From Haplodiscus bocki (taxonomy: Eukaryota): DNA of 64,000 bases. This document shows positions 62,939 through 64,000 of the stretch, one piece after another. The notes under the pieces are model-generated. The model did not search any database, was not told where the DNA came from, and worked only from the letters and a program-made list of their open reading frames with translations. Position 1 is the stretch's first letter, and every line of letters starts with the position of its first letter. Made by a program: the position numbers and the translations under genes. The DNA is taken from positions 71,920,001 to 71,984,000 of the forward strand of contig OZ296654.1 of the NCBI GenBank assembly GCA_965655095.1, given 5' to 3'.

Positions 62939-64000
62939 TTCCCGTTACAAAAAATTTTGGTCGGCGATGAAGATTTAAGCTACCACTTCGTAACGTAGTA
63001 GCAATTACCATTTGAGACCAATTTCACGGAGCAGCTCATGCAAGAACAAATCTGCGACTCGATTCTATGTATGGGGCACATGAAGCGAAAAAGCCCAAAA
63101 TTAAACTAAGGACGCAAACATCTGAAACAAATCCTTATCCGAACTGTAATTTCGCGTTTACGTTTTACACACATTCAATATTTCATTATTATCAAATTTA
63201 TTATCATTTTCATCATCATTTCTTTACGATTCAAAAACCAAATCTGCAGTTCCCAACACGCGCAGACGACAGGTTAACATACTAAAACAGCCAAACTACG
63301 GTAATGTTTCACATGCTGTTTGTCTTTATTTTCTTGAATAATTTGTTTGACGATGCCAACATTGTTCACCAGTAAAATTAGTTCCTATGGATCAAATCGC
63401 TAAAGCATCAGAAGTATTGACGACAAGTTTGAAATTTTTCCGACAAATTGATAAATTAGTTCTAAAAATCAATAAAGTTCTAAAAAGAACGGCTATAATT
63501 AGAGGTTTCTCATTCAAAAATTTTTTTGAAAGTTTATCAAAAATTACACAGAGGCCAAGCTGCGCTTCACGATACTTGCACCAGTGGAAAACTAGTGAAC
63601 AAATCGAACAAGTATAATTGATTTTTGAAGGGACCACGGTACTCAGAAAAACTGCTGATTCAAAAGAAATGTTATTTACTCAGTTAATTCGTATTTATAT
63701 ATCTATATACAAGTGTAACAACAAGTACGGACGGCTATAGCCGTTGAATACCTTTACATTTAAAACAAGCGTGAATGCTGAAAAATAGGCCCCGTAAACA
63801 AATTTTTGCAACTGCACGAGAGTGCGTCAACAAATTTGTGCAAGAAACCGAGAGCGCACGAACAAAATCAAAGCAATATTAGAATGCGGGCACAAATGCT
63901 AGTTGTTAACGGATCGGAAAACGAAATTTGTGATAAAACAATTATTTAGGCAAATGTAAAAATTACGGGCAGACACTATCACGGCTGGCGAAAGTAAGTT

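Overview
AT-rich, repeat-dense animal (invertebrate-type) genomic DNA, not a prokaryote. The only host gene I can support is WDR19/IFT144, seen as three minus-strand GT-AG exons (33427-33546, 20217-20447, 18654-18720) separated by long introns. Positions 1-~13720 hold one arm of a decayed Polinton/Maverick (adintovirus-like endogenous virus). Its minus-strand genes are the A32 packaging ATPase, rve integrase, minor capsid, basic core protein, major capsid and adenain-like protease, plus accessory ORFs including a PLA2-like one. Two features stand out. First, the integrase appears to carry an N-terminal PHD finger and no C-terminal chromodomain. Second, a near-full-length L1/Tx1-clade LINE sits inside the Polinton with a 5' inversion: ORF1 and the endonuclease are on minus, the RT is on plus, and there is a 15-bp TSD with microhomology at the breakpoint, the signature of twin priming. 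The ~13-kb WDR19 intron carries a recent head-to-tail triplication of a ~3.9-kb unit made of a dead Ty3/gypsy gag-pol fragment plus flank. The rest is Helitron2/Helentron-like non-autonomous repeats, tRNA-derived SINE heads, ancient degenerate satellites (~178 bp and ~355 bp periods) and a heptad-coding 21-bp minisatellite. All family assignments come from motif recognition by eye; no searches were run.
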